From assembly GCF_009914755.1 (NCBI RefSeq), contig NC_060929.1: a stretch of DNA of 64,000 bases. The stretch is one strand, 5' to 3'. Position 1 is the first letter of the stretch. The number at the start of each line of letters is the position of its first letter. Of the stretch, positions 1 to 17,100 are shown in pieces. Origin of the DNA: the human T2T-CHM13v2.0 reference genome, Homo sapiens. The notes under the pieces were generated by a model. That model did no database searches. It saw only the letters and a list, made by a program, of their open reading frames with translations, and was not told where the DNA came from. A program made the translations under genes and the position numbers.

Positions 1-1262
1 CGTGTTTTTTGCTTGAGCAGTTTGGAAACAGTTTTTTGTACAATCTGCAGAGGGATATTTTGGAGCACACAGATGCCTATGGTGAAAAAGGAAATAACTT
101 TGGATAAAAACTAGAAAGAACGTTTTTGAGAAACTGCTTTGTGATGTATGCATTCATCTCACAGAGTTAAACATTTCTTTTCACTGAGCAATTGGAAACA
201 CTCTTTGGTATTATCTGTGAAGCAATGTTATGTAGCCCACAATGGCCTATGGTGAACAAAGAAATGTCTTCAGATAAAAACTGGAAAGAAGCTTTATGAG
301 AAACTGATTTCTGATGTGTGCCTTGATCTGACAGAGATAAATACTTCCTTTGATGGAACACTTCAGAAACACTGGCTTTATGAAAACTGTGAAGGGACAT
401 TTCAGAGCACATAGAGGCCTATGGTGGAAAACAAATATCTTCAGAGAAGAATTAGAGAGAAACTATCTGAGAAGCTGATTTGAGATGTGTGCATTCATCT
501 CAGAGTTAAACCTTTCTTTTGATTGGGTAGTTTGGAAACACTGTTTTGTAGAATCTGCAAAGGGATATTTAGGAGCTCAGTGATGCCTATGATGAAAAAT
601 GAAATATCTCTGGATAAAAACTAGAAAGAAGCTCTTTGAGAAACTGCTTTGTGATGTTTGCATCCATCTCACAGAGTTCAGCTTTTCTTTTGACTGAACA
701 GTTTGGAAACACTGTTTTGAATAAACTGTGAAGTGATGCTAGGTAGCGCAAAAATGCCTATGGTCAAAAAGGAAATATCTTCAGGTAAAAACTGGGAAGA
801 AGTATTATGAGAAACTGCTTTGTTATCCTTGCGTTTATCTTACAGAGTTAAACCTTTCTTTTGGTTGAGCAGTTTGGAAACACCATTTTTGTAGAATCTG
901 TGAAGAGATATTTGGGAGCACATTGAAACCTGGGGTGAAAAGGGATATATCTTCAGAGAAGAACTAGACAGAAGCTTTATGACAAACTTCTTTATGGGGT
1001 GTCTGTATTCATCTAACAGAGGTAAACCTTTCTTTCAATTGAGCAGTTTGGAAAGAGTTTTTTTAGAATCTGTAAAGGGATATTTGGGAGTGCATTGAAG
1101 CCTGGGGTGAAAAAGGCAATATCTTTGGATAAAAACTAGAAAGATGATTTTTGAGAAACTGCTCTGTGAAGTGTATGCTTAACTCACAGAGATAAACCTG
1201 TTTTTTGATTGAGTAGTTTGGAAACACTGTTTTTGTAGAATCTGCAACGGGATATTTGGGAG
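1..1262 (+). repeat. Diverged (monomeric-type) alpha satellite, ~171-bp monomers
   Basis: Tandem ~170-172 bp units with alphoid motifs (gagaaactgctttgtgatgtgtgcattcatctcacagagttaaacc; tttggaaacactgtttttgtagaatctg; cctatggtgaaaaaggaaatatc). Adjacent monomers differ substantially. Confidence 0.97.
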
Positions 1263-2210
1263 TGAAGGGGTGGGTTGGCCCTCCAAACATGTGGCTTTTT
1301 CTCATTAGGTGGAATGAGAGACTTGGAAAAGAAAGAGACACAGAGACAAAGTATAAAGGAAGAAAAAGGAGGCCCAGGAGACTGGCATTCAGCACACGGA
1401 GGATCCCCACTGGCCTCTGAGTTCCCTTAGTATTTATTGATCATTACTGTGTGTCTCTCTAAGAGGAGCATGTGGCAGGGTCATAGGATAATAGCGGAGA
1501 GAAGGTCAGCAGCTAAACACGTGAATAAAGTTCTCTGCATCATAAACAAGGTAAATAATTAAGTACTGTGTTTTAGATATGTATACACATAAACATCTCA
1601 ATGCCTTAAAGAGCAGTATTGCTGCCCGCATGTCCCACCTCCAGCGCTAAGGTGGTTTTCCCCTATCTCAGTAGATGGAATATACAATTGGGTTTTATCC
1701 AGGGATGAGCAGGAGACAGATGCCTTCCTCTTGTCTCAACTGCAAAGAGGCATTCCTTCCTCTTTTCCTAATCCGCCTCAGCACAGAGCCTTTATGGGTG
1801 TCGGGCTGGTGGATGGTCAGGTCTTTCCATTCCCACGAGGCCATATCTCAGGCTGTCACATGGGGAGAGACCTTGGACAATAACTGGCTTCCCTAGGCAG
1901 AGTTCCCTGTGGTCTTCCACAGTGTTTTGTGTCCCTGGGTACTTGTGATTAGGGAGTGGTGATGACTCTTAACAAGCTTGCTGCCTTCAAGCATTTGTTT
2001 AACAAAGCATACCTTGCACAGCCCTTAATCCATGTAACCCTGAGTTGACACAGCACATGTTTCAGGGAGCACATGATTGGGGGTAGGGTTACAGATTAAC
2101 AGCATCTCAAGACAGAAGAATTTTTCTTAGTACAGAAAAAAATGGAGTCTCTTATGTCTACTTTCTATATAGACACATTAACAATCTGATCTCTCTTTCT
2201 TTTCCCCACA
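1263..2210 (-). repeat. 3' LTR of HML-2 provirus (948 bp; LTR5B-like)
   Basis: Minus strand runs TGTGGGGAAAAGAAAGAGAG...CCACCCCTTCA (TG...CA intact), AATAAA at 1433-1438, preceded by the PPT. The subtype call rests on recalled diagnostic positions and is less certain than the LTR call. Confidence 0.93.
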
Positions 2211-2227
2211 TTTCTCCATTTTCTTTT
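2211..2227 (-). promoter_or_regulatory. Polypurine tract (degenerate)
   Basis: Minus strand AAAAGAAAATGGAGAAA directly abuts the TG of the 3' LTR. Confidence 0.85.
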
Positions 2228-3919
2228 CGACAAAACTGCCATCATCATCATGCCTCTTTCTCGATGGTCACTGTCTCCTCAGAGCTGTTGGGTACACCTG
2301 TAGACTAACAACAGACAAAGCAGGAACACAAGGATTAATATGAAATTTATAATCGTAGTACTTCTGATGGTCTTAACCCAAGTGACAGGGTTAAGATTTA
2401 TGAGGCCATCAGCAACTCCTGCGATTGCCTCAGTCTCTGTTACCAAATTTAAATGGGCTTTTGATGCTTTGAAAATTTGTTAACTTAATTTGGAAATGTC
2501 TAAAGTGACATTATCTTCTATTCCCTGCAGATGGCTTCTAACCATGTCACACTGATACTCTGACTCATTATAAACGTGAGGTATGATACAAAAATCTGAT
2601 GTATTCAAGTCACACTGTAACTGGAAATGATGTTCTGAGCTCATGAGCCTGTCTCCCATCCAAATGACGGTTTGTCTAAGATCATTAATTTGATTTGCCA
2701 ATTTTTGATCAATACCAGATTGTGAATTCCACAATCCAGTAGATTTTTTTTTGCCAATCATTAACAAAGTTTACTGACTGAACAGAACAGTGCAATGCAA
2801 CTCCTGCCACAGCAGCCATAGCTGTGACTGCAATTAATCCCATAATCACTGTAATTAAAGTAAAAATGAATCCTTTGGATCTATTTAAAATGTCTTTTAA
2901 TACTTCAGTCAAAATATGGTTGGATAGCGAGGCCTCCCACGGTCGGTCCATGGATACAGGGATCCAAATGCCTTCTCTTGCTCTCACCAGCAGAATACAG
3001 TGCTGCCAATTAAAAGTTGAAACAATGCAAGTAAACAATCTACAATTTTCACAGGTTATAGTTTGAGAGTCTGGTTTAATAATTATATTTCCTACAACTA
3101 GCATATAAGGGGGCTTTACACAACTTTGTAAAGGAACTGTTAGACTGGAATTTAGGTCAATAGTATAAAATGGCTTACAGTCTCTGGTTTCTAAAGTTTG
3201 ATTTCCAGACCAAATTCTAATGCAGTAAGAGGCTACAGTAAGCCTCCACAATTCTGAATATTCAGGACCAGAAACAGGACTTGTTATTTTTGGTCTTAGG
3301 GTAGAGATTACTTTTTCTCCCCATTTCCAAGGGTAGAAAGATTGTAATTTCTTATGCTTATGTTCGTCTAAACTTTTGGTTAAGTTGCTATCAACAGTTG
3401 GACTCACTTGTGCACTGGAACACGACTGAGTTTTTCCTGTGCAATTGTGGTAGAATTGACCTCGAGGTGCCCAATCTATAACAGTTCCGAATTCACTGTT
3501 TTGTAATATCACCGCACTATTGGCCACACATTCTTCCCAAAGTAAAACTTCTGTATTTTTTGATCCTTTGGGAATTTCCTTGGGGCAAGTTTCCCTTTAG
3601 GTCTAAATTTTAATGACCTTTGATAAGAAAAGTCTTGTAAATAATTTACCTGTGGCCTGAGTGTCATCCCACTTACCATGTTATAAGTGAATCTACTGAC
3701 GAGACTGACAGTAGGTACTTCTCCCAACCAATTTTGGATTACACGCATTAAACATCCTGTTGCTCTCCCTAGGCAAATAGAAGGATAATGATACTCAGTG
3801 GAAATATTTATCATCATGCCTTCTTCCTCAGGTTTGGGAGGACAGCCATCATCTCTGGGGCCAGGTGCCCGTACTCTATCATTAACATATAATTGAATAG
3901 GATTAACCATCCATGTGAC

Positions 3920-7500
<3,581 letters not shown>

Positions 7501-9228
7501 CCAATTTAGAACAACATTGACTAGCCCAATGTTTTCCTTTTTTACATCTTGGACATAAGTCCGGTGGCTTTTTACCTGTTGTTGTAATAGCTTGAATAGT
7601 TATACTTTGTTTATTTGAGGCTAGGCAATTCTTTTTTTAAATGACCAATTTGACCACAATTAAAACATTTCCCTCCAAATGTTCTAACTTGTCCTTCTAA
7701 AGCAACTCCTGTCATTGCTTGAGCCATAAGCATAGCTTTATGCATAGCTCCTCCAATTCCATCACAGGCTTTTACATACTCTGAGATTACATCTGATCCT
7801 GCAAGAATCTTTCCTTTTAATGGCTTACTGGCTGATTGACACTCAGGATTGGCATTTTCTTATGCCAACAACTCCACTATGACTTTACGGGCATTTTCAT
7901 CAGCAACTGACTTTTGAGCAACACCTTGGAACCTTGCCACAAAATCAGGGTAGGGCTTTTTAGAGCCTTGTGTTATTTTATTAGAGAGGCAGGCAGTTCC
8001 TGGGTCTTGGATTTTTTTCCCAGGCTCTAAAGCAGATAGCTCTAACTTGCTCAATGGCCTCATTTTGCATTAATGCCTGTTGACTAATAGTGCTCCAATT
8101 TTGATCTGTTCCTAATAGTTCATCTGCATTTATGTTAACTGGAGGATTGGCAGCCCTATTTCTTCGGACCTGTTCTTGTTACCCATCAATCCACCAAGTC
8201 TTAAATTGTAAAAATTGAGAGGGTGAGAAGACGATTTTGCCAAAATCTCCCAATCATAAGGAATGAGTCTATGACCATGAGCAATGGAGTCTAATAATGT
8301 CCTCATATAAGGGAAGTTGGGTCCATACTGTTTTACTCCCTCTTTCATATCTTTCAGTATTTTTATAGAAAAAGACTCATATCTGGCCTCAACTGTTTGA
8401 GGCTCTCCCTCTTGGGCCCCTTCTCCAGGTGGTATTGGTTCTAACGTTACTGGGAATTGCCATGCCTCAATATCTCCTTGGTTTCTTGAATTATCAATAA
8501 TTTTATGTAACGCACTACCCTGTTGACTAGGTGGTGCTGTTGGATTAAGTGTCATAGTGGGTGGCTGAGGGTATGGCTCCCTGCCCTGTGGTGCTGGGAG
8601 CATTCCTGAATGTCCATACTGACTTTCTGGGGATGGCTGATGCTGAAGTTTGGCCAGTGGCCAGTATTGCTAAGCTACTGGTGGTTGGGTCTTATTTTCT
8701 CTAACCTGCATTGGAGACTGTAATGTTCCAGGCATCTCACCTGCTGGAAGAGGGCTTGGTGCTCATGGTTTATGCTCTTATGGCCCGACTAATTCTGGAC
8801 CTTTTTCTTCTAATTTTAACGTTTCAAGATATATAATCTCCTGTAATTGATTATAGTCAACATTTTGGATTGTCTGAGCCATTACCAGCTCTGCAACATA
8901 TTCACAATGTAAACTTTCCATTTCTTTCTGGAATTTTCTCCTTGTCTCTTCTTTACAATCTATTACACAGCTTCCAGTGGCATCAGAAACTGAAACGCTA
9001 TCTTCTTCTGTTTGAAATGTTTCTAAAGCTGCTTTAATAATAGCCCAATCATTCCATACCTTAAGTGGGATGATTTTACTCTCCCTACTTGCTTGTTTTA
9101 GTTCTTTGCCAATTTTTTCTCAATCTTTTAGATCTAAAGTTCCCTGTTCTGGAAACCATGGACAAAATTCTTCTATTGTTCAAAATAGCTTGATTAGATT
9201 TTTTGTAGAGACTCTAAATCCCCCTCTT

Positions 9229-9933
9229 TCACACCAGTTAGAATGACAATCATTAAAAAGTCAGGAAACAACAGGTGCTGGAGAGGATGTGGGGAAATAG
9301 GAACACTTTTACACTGTTGGTGGGACTGTAAACTAGTTCAACCATTGTGGAAGTCAGTGTGGTGATTCCTCAGGGATCTAGAACTAGAAATACCATATGG
9401 CCCAGCCATCCCATTACTGGGTATACACCCAAAGGGCTATAAATCATGCTGCTATAAAGACACTTGCACAAGTAGGTTTATTGTGACACTATTCACAATA
9501 GCAAAGACTTGGAACCAATCCAAATGTCCAACAATGATAGACTGGATTAAGAAAATGTGGCACATATACACCATGGAATACTATGCAGCCATAAAAAAGG
9601 ATGAGCTCATGTCCTTTGTAGGGACATGGATGAAATTGGAAATCATCATTCTCAGTAAGCTATCGCAAGGACAAAAAACCAAACACCACATGTTCTCACT
9701 CATAAGTGGGAATTGAACAATGAGAACACATGGGCACAGGAAGGGGAACATCACACTCTGGGGACTGTTGTGGGGTGGCGGTATGTGGGAGGGATAGCAT
9801 TAGGAGATATACCTAATGCTAAATGACGAGTTAATGGGTGCAGCACAACAGCATGGGACATGTATACATATGTAACTAACCTGCATATTGTGCACATGTA
9901 CCCTACAACTTAAAGTATAATAATAATAAAAAA
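9229..9933 (+). mobile_element. 5'-truncated LINE-1 (L1PA3/L1PA4-like), ORF2 end + 3' UTR + short A-rich tail, antisense inside gag
   Basis: tcacaccagttagaatg... through ...cttaaagtataataataataaaaaa; ORF 9483-9716 is the ORF2p C-terminus (IDWIKKMWHIYTMEYYAAIK). HML-2 gag resumes on both sides. The subfamily is approximate. Confidence 0.93.
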
Positions 9934-10121
9934 TGAATTTTAATAAAGCTGAGATAAGTGGCATATTTACTTTTAGTTTTACTTTTAGTTTGCCCCATTG
10001 TTACCCTGGCTTCTTCTGAGCACACAAGTTTACCATAAGGCTGACTGCAGATGTACTCAGGATCTCTCATAGACTTGTCCTCAATGACCATGCTTGAGCG
10101 TACCTTCACCCTAGAGAAAAG

Positions 10122-10139
10122 CACCCATGTTGGATGCCA
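10122..10139 (-). promoter_or_regulatory. Primer binding site, tRNA-Lys type (decayed)
   Basis: Minus strand TGGCATCCAACATGGGTG, 2 nt from the 5' LTR end; resembles TGGCGCCCAACGTGGGGC with CpG-decay changes. Confidence 0.85.
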
Positions 10140-10141
10140 GA

Positions 10142-11105
10142 GGAAGGGGTGGGTTGCCCGTCCCACCTGTGGGTTGTTCTCCTTAGGTGGAATGAGATAC
10201 TTGGAAAAGAAAGAGACATAGAGAAAAAGTACAAAGAAAGAAAAAGTATAAAGAAAGAAAAAGGGGGCCCAGGAGACTGACGTTCAACACATGGAGGATC
10301 CCCACCAGCCTCTGAGTTCCCTTAGTATTTATTGATCATTATTGGGTGTTCCTCAGAGAGGGGGAGGTGGCAGGGTCATAGGATAATACTGGAGAGAAGG
10401 TCAGCAGCTAAACACGTGAACAAAGTTCTCTGAATCATAAGCAAGGTAAAGAATTCAGTGCTGTCCTTTAGATATATATACACATAAACATCTCAATGCC
10501 TTAAAGAGCAGTATTGCCACCCACAAGTCCCACCTCCAGCCCTAAGGTGGTTTTCCCCTATCTCAGTAGATGGAATATACAATTGGGTTTTATCCAGGGA
10601 TGAGCAGGAGACAGATGCCTTCCTCTTGTCTCAACTGCAAAGAGGCATTCCTTCCTCTTTTCCTAATCCGCCTCAGCACAGAGCCTTTATGGGTGTCGGG
10701 CTGGGGGATGGTCAGGTCTTTTTCCATTCCCACGAGGCCATATCTCAGGCTATCACATGGGGAGAGACCTTGGACAATACCTGGCTTCCCTAGGCAGAGG
10801 TCCCTGTGGTCTTCCAGTGTTTTGTGTCCCTGGGTACTTGTGATTAGGGAGTGGTGATGACTCTTAACAAGCTTGCTGCCTTCAAGCATTTGTTTAACAA
10901 AGCATACCTTGCACAGCCCTTAATCCATGTAACCCTGAGTTGACACAGCACATGTTTCAGGGAGCACATGATTGGGGGTAGGGTTACAGATTAACAGCAT
11001 CTCAAGACAGAAGAATTTTTCTTAGTACAGAAAAAAATGGAGTCTCTTATGTCTACTTTCTATATAGACACATTAACAATCTGACCTCTCTTTCTTTTCC
11101 CCACA
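10142..11105 (-). repeat. 5' LTR of HML-2 provirus (964 bp)
   Basis: Direct repeat of 1263-2210; terminal CA reads CC; 17-bp internal duplication at 10224-10257; AATAAA at 10328-10333; followed by the PBS and leader. Confidence 0.93.
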
Positions 11106-14100
11106 GGGAGCGCTTGAAACCTATGCTCAAAAAGGAAATATCTTCTGATAAAAACTAGAAAGAAGCTGTTCTAGAAACTGCTTTGTCATGTGCATGTTCA
11201 TTTCACGGAGTTAAACATTTCTTTTAATGAAGCAGTTTTTAAATTTATTTTTTCAATCCACAAATCAATATTTGGTGGTGCAAAAACCTTATGCTGAACA
11301 AGGAAATATCTTCAGATAAAAACTGGAAAGAAGTGTTATGAGGAACAGTTATCTGATGTGTGTTCATCTCCCAGTGTTAACTCCTTCTTTTGATGGAACA
11401 GCTTGGAAACATTTTTTCAAGAATCTGTGAAGGGATATTTGTGATTGCATTCAGGCCTGTGGTGGAAAAGGAAATATCTTCGGATAAAACCCAGAAAAAA
11501 GCATTCTGAGAAATCGCTTTGTGATGTGTGCATTCTTCACACAGAGTTAAATATTTCTTTTGATTGAGCAGTGTGGGAATACTGTTTTTGTAGAATGTGC
11601 AAAGGGATATTTGGGAGTGCATTGATGCCTGTGGTGATAAAACACATATCTTTGGTTAAAAAGTAGAAAGAAGTTTTTGACAAACTGCTTTGTGATGCAT
11701 GCATTCGTCTCACAGAGTTAAACTTTTCTTTTGAATGAGCAGTTTGGAGACACTCTTTTTGCAAAATCTGTGAAGCGATATTTTGTAGCACAAAAAAGCC
11801 TATGGTGAACAAGGAAAGATCTTCAGATAAAACTGGAAAGAAGAATTACGAGAAAGTACTTTATGATGTATACATTCATCTCACACTGCTAAATCCTTTC
11901 TTTGATGGAAAAGCTCAGAAACACTGTTTTTATAGGATCTGTGAAGGGATATTTGGGAGTGCATTGAGGTCTATGGTGGAAAAGGAAATATCTTCAGAGA
12001 AGAATGAGACAGACACTTTCTGAGAAACTGCTTTGGGATGTGTGCATTCATCTCACAGCGTTAATACTTTCTTTTGATTGAGCAGCTTGGAAACTCTGTT
12101 TTGTAGAATCTGTGGAGGGATATTCGGGAGTGCATTGATGCCTAAGGTGAAAAAGGAAATATCTTTGGATAAAAACTAGAAAGAAGCTTTTTTAGAAACT
12201 GCTTTTTGAAGTGTGCATTTATTTCACAGAGTTAAAACCTACTTTTAATTAATCAGCTTGGAAGCACAGTTTTTGTAGAATCTCCGAAGGGATATTTGGG
12301 AGCCCATGAGGCCAATTGTGAGAAAGGAAATAACTTCAGTTAAAATACTAAAAAGAAGCTTTCTGAGAAACTGCTTTGTGATATGTGCATTCTTCTCACA
12401 GAGTTAAACGTTTCCTTTTGTTGAGCAATTTGGAAACACTGTTTTTGTAGAATCTGCAAAGTAGTATTTGCGAGCATAGGTAAAATTTTGTGTGCATTGA
12501 GTCCTATGTTGAAAAAAGAAATATCTTCATATAAAAAGAAGACAGAAGCTTTCTGAGGAACTGCTTTGTGATGTGTACATTCTTCTCACGCAGTTAAACA
12601 TTTATTTTGATTGAGGAGTTTGGAAACCCTGTTTTTGTAGAATCTGCAATGGGATATTTGGGATCACATTGAAGCCTGTGGTGAAAAAGGAATTATTTTC
12701 AGAAAAAAAACTAGAAAGAAGCTTCTTGATAAACTGCTTTGGGATGTATCTATACATTCCACAGTGTTAAATCTTTCCTGTGTTGGAGTCATTGGGAAAA
12801 ACCCTTTTGGCAGAATCTGTGAAGGGCTATTGGGAACTCATTGAGCCCTATGGTGAAAAATGTAATATCTCCAGATGAAAACCAGAAGGAAGCTTTCTGG
12901 GAAACTTCTTTGTGTTTTGTGCATTCCTCTCACAGAGTTAAAGCCTTCTTTTGAGTGAGCAGTTTGGAAAAACGGTTTTGCTAGGATCTGCAAAAGGATA
13001 TTTGGGAGCACAAAGAGGCCTATGTTGAAAAAGGAAATAACATTGGATAAAAACTACAAAGAAGCTATCTGAGAAATGGTTTTGTGACGTGTGCATTCTT
13101 CTCACAGATTTAAAACTTTCCTTTGATTAAACAGTTCAGAAACACTGTTTTTATAGAATCTGCAATGGGATACTTGAAAGCTCAGTTAGGCCAATGGTGA
13201 AAAAGGAAATATCTTCAGATAAAAACTAGAAAGAAGCTTTTTGACAAACTGGTTTGTGATGTGTGCATTCATCTCACAGAGTTAAAACTTTCTTTTGACT
13301 GAACTGTTTGGGAACACTGTTTTTGTATAATCCGCAAAGTGATATTTGGCAGCACAAAAAAGCCTATGGTGAAAAAGAAAATATCTTCAGATAAAAACTG
13401 GAAAGAAGCATTATGAGAAACTGCTTTCTGATTTGTGAGTTCATCTCATAGAGTTAAGTCCTTCTTTTGATGGAACAGTTTGGAAACACTGTTTTTGTAG
13501 AATCTGCAAAGGGATATTTGGGATGCCATTAAGGTGTATGGTGGAAAAAGAAATATATATTCAGAGAAGAACTAGGCAGAAGCTTTCTGACGAACTGCTT
13601 TCTGATGAGTGCATTCAACTTACAGAGTTAAACCTTTCTTTTCATTGAGTTTGGAAACACTGTTTTTTTGTAGAATCTGTGAAGGGATATTTGGGTTCAT
13701 TCGAGGCCTGTGGTGAAAGGGGAAATAACTTCAGATAAAAACTAGAAAGAAACATTTGGAGAAACTGCTTTGTGATGTGTGTGTTCAACACGCAGAGTTA
13801 AACCTTTCTTTTGATTGAGCAATTTGGAAACACTGTTTTTGTAGAATCTGCAGTGGTATATTTGAAAGCGTAGTTAGGACTGTGGTGAAAAAGGAAATAT
13901 CTTTGGATTTAAACTAGAAAGAAGCTTTTTGAGTCACTGGTTTGTGATGTATGATTTCATCTTAAAGAGTTAAACCTTTCTTTTGGCTGAGCAGTTTGGA
14001 AACACTGTTTCAGTATAATCTGTGAAGAGGTATTAGAACAAAAATGCCCATGATGATAAATGAAATATCTTCAGTTAAAAACTGGAAAGAAGAGTAATGA

Positions 14101-17100
14101 GAAACAGCTTTCAGATGTGTGCATTCATCTCACGGAGTTGAGTCCTCTTTTGATGGAACAGTTTGGAAACACTGTTTTTGTAGAAACTGTGAAGGGATAT
14201 TTGGGAGTGCATTGAGGCCTAACGTGGAAAAGGCAATATCTTCAGAGAAGAACTAGACAGAAGCTTTCTGAGAAACTGCTTTGTGATGTGTGCATTCATC
14301 TCACAGAGTTAAATCTTTCTTTTGATTGATCAGTATGGAAACACTGTTTTTGTAGTATCTGCAAAGGGATATTTGGGAGTGCATGAAGCCTATGGTGAAA
14401 AAGGAAAAACTTCAGATAAAAACTAGAAAGAAGCTGAGAAATTGCTTTGTGATGAGTGCCTTCTTCTCACAGAGTTAAACCTGTTTTTGATTGAGCAGTT
14501 TGGAAACACTGTTTTTGCAGAATCTGCAAAGGGATACTTGGGAGGGCTCTGAGTCCTATGGTGAAAAAAGAAATATCTTCAGATAAAAACTAGAAAGAAG
14601 CTTTCTGAGAAACTGCTTTGTGATATTTGCATTCATCTCATGCAGTTAAACATTTCTTTTGACTAAGCAGTTTGGAGACTTGGTTTTTGTATAATCTGTG
14701 AAGTGATGTCTGGTGGTGCAAAATGGCTCACGGTGAACAAGGAAGTATCTTAGATAAGAACTCGAAAGAAGCATTATGAGAAACTGCTTTCTGATTTGTG
14801 CGTTCATCTCACAGAGTTAAATCCTTCTTTTGATGGAACTGTTCATAAACGCTGTTTTTATAGAATCTGCGAAGGGATACTTGAGAGGGCATTGAGGCCT
14901 ACAGTGAAAAAAACATCTTCAGAGAATAACTAACAAGAATGTTTCTGAAAAACTATTTTGTGATCTGTGCATTCATCTCAAGAGTTAAACCTTTCTTTTC
15001 ATGGAGCAGTTTGTTAACCTTGTTGTTGTATAAACTGCAAAGGGATATTTCAGAGCACATTGAGACCTCTGGTGAAAATGGAAATAAATTTAGACAAAAA
15101 CTAGAAAGAGTGTCTCTCAGAAACTGCTTTGAGATGTGTGCCTTCATCACACAGAGTTAAATCTTTCTTTGATGGAGCAGTTTGTAAACACTGTATTTGT
15201 AGAATCTGGAAGGGATACTTGGGAGCACATTGAAGCCTATGGTGAAAAGAAATATCTTCAGAGAAAAACTAAAAAGAAGCTTCCTGAAAAACTACATTGT
15301 GATGTGTGCATTCATCTCACAAAGATAAAATTTTCTTTTAAGTGGACTGTTTGAATCACTGTTTTTGTAGAATCTGCATAGGGATATTTGGTAGCACACT
15401 GAAGCCAGTGGTGAAAAGAGAAATATCTACAGAGATAAACAAGAAGGAAGCTTACTGAGAAACTGCTTTGTGATGTGTGCTTTCATCTCACAGAACCAAA
15501 CCTTTCTTTTTCATGGAGCAGTTTGGAAATACTCTATTTGTAGCATCTGTGAAGGGATAATTGGGAGTGCATTGAAGCCTATTTTGAAAATGGAAATATC
15601 TTGACAGAAAAATTAGAAAGAAGCTTTGTGAGAAACTACTTTGTAATGTGTGCATTCATCTCAAAGATTTAAACATTTCTTAACATGGAGCAGTTTGGAA
15701 TCACTGTTTTTGTAGAATCTGCAAAGGGGTATTTAGGAGCTCATTGAGGCCTATGGTGAAAAAGGAAATATCTACAGATAAAAACTGGAAAGAAGTTTTC
15801 TGAGAAACTCCTTTTTGATGTGTGCTTTGATCTCACAGAGTTAAACGTTTCTTTCCATATAGCAGTTTGGAATTACTTCTTTTGTACAATCTGCTAAGGG
15901 ATATTTTGGAGTGCATTGAGTCCTATGGTGAAAAGGAAATATCTTCAGAGGAAAACTACAAAGAAATTTTCTAACAAACTATTTTGTGATGAGCGCATTC
16001 ATCTCACAGAGATAAACCTTTCTTTTCTTGGAGCATATTGTTAACTCTGTTTTTGTATAAACTGCAATGGGATATTTCAGAGCACATTGAGGTCTGCAGT
16101 AAAAATGGAAATGTCTTTAGAGACAAACTAGAATGAAGCTTTCTGAGAAACTGCTTTGTGATGTTGAATTCATTTCACTGAGGTAAACCTTTCTTTTGAT
16201 GGAGCAGATTGGAAACACTGTAATTGTAGAATCTGCGAAGGGATATTTCAGATGGCATTGAGGCCAACTGTGAAAAAGGAAATATCTTCAGAGAAGAACT
16301 AAAAAGAAGCTTTCTGAGAAACTGCTTTGTGATGTGTGCATTCATCTCGAAGAGTTAAACCTTCCTTTTCATTTAACAGTTTTTTTAACCCTGTTTTTGT
16401 ATAATCTGTGGAGGGATATTTTGGAGAACTTGAAGCCTATGGTGGAAATGGAAATATTATTATACAAAAACTAGAATGAAGCTTTCTGAGAGACTGCTTT
16501 GTGATGTATGCATTCATCTTACTGATTTAAACCTTTCTTTTGATGGAGCAATTTGTAAACACTGTATTTGGAGAATCTGCAAAGGTATAATTCGGAGCGC
16601 ATTGAGGCGTATTGTGAAAAAGGAAATATTTCAGAAACAAACAAGAAAACTGCTTTCAGAGAAACTTCTTTCTGCTGTGTGCATTCATCTCACTGTTAAA
16701 CCTTTCTTTACAAGGAGCAGTTTGGAATCACAGTTTTTGTAGAATTTGTGAAGGGATATTAGGGAGCACATTAAGGCCAGTTGTGAAAAGAGAAATATCT
16801 TCAGAGAAATAATAGAAAGAAGCTTTCTGAGAATCTGCTTTGGATATATCCATTCATCTCAGAGAGTTAAACATTTCCTTTCAAGGAGCAGTTTGAAAGC
16901 ATTGTATTTGTAGAATCTATGAAGCCATATATGGGAGCACTTTCAGGTGTATGTTGAAGAGGGAAATATCTGGAGATAAAAACTAGACAGAAGCTTTCTG
17001 AGAAACTGCTTTGTGATGTAGCATTCATCTCACAGAGATAAAACATTCCTTTGGTGGAGCAGTTTGTTAAACTTGTTTTTGTATAAACTTCAAAGGGATA

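Noticed and set aside
1675-1896. Duplicated ORF MEYTIGFYPG... (also 10570-10857)
   Set aside because: Antisense translation of the two LTR copies; its conservation reflects the homogenised U3 tract, and the two copies diverge by frameshift.
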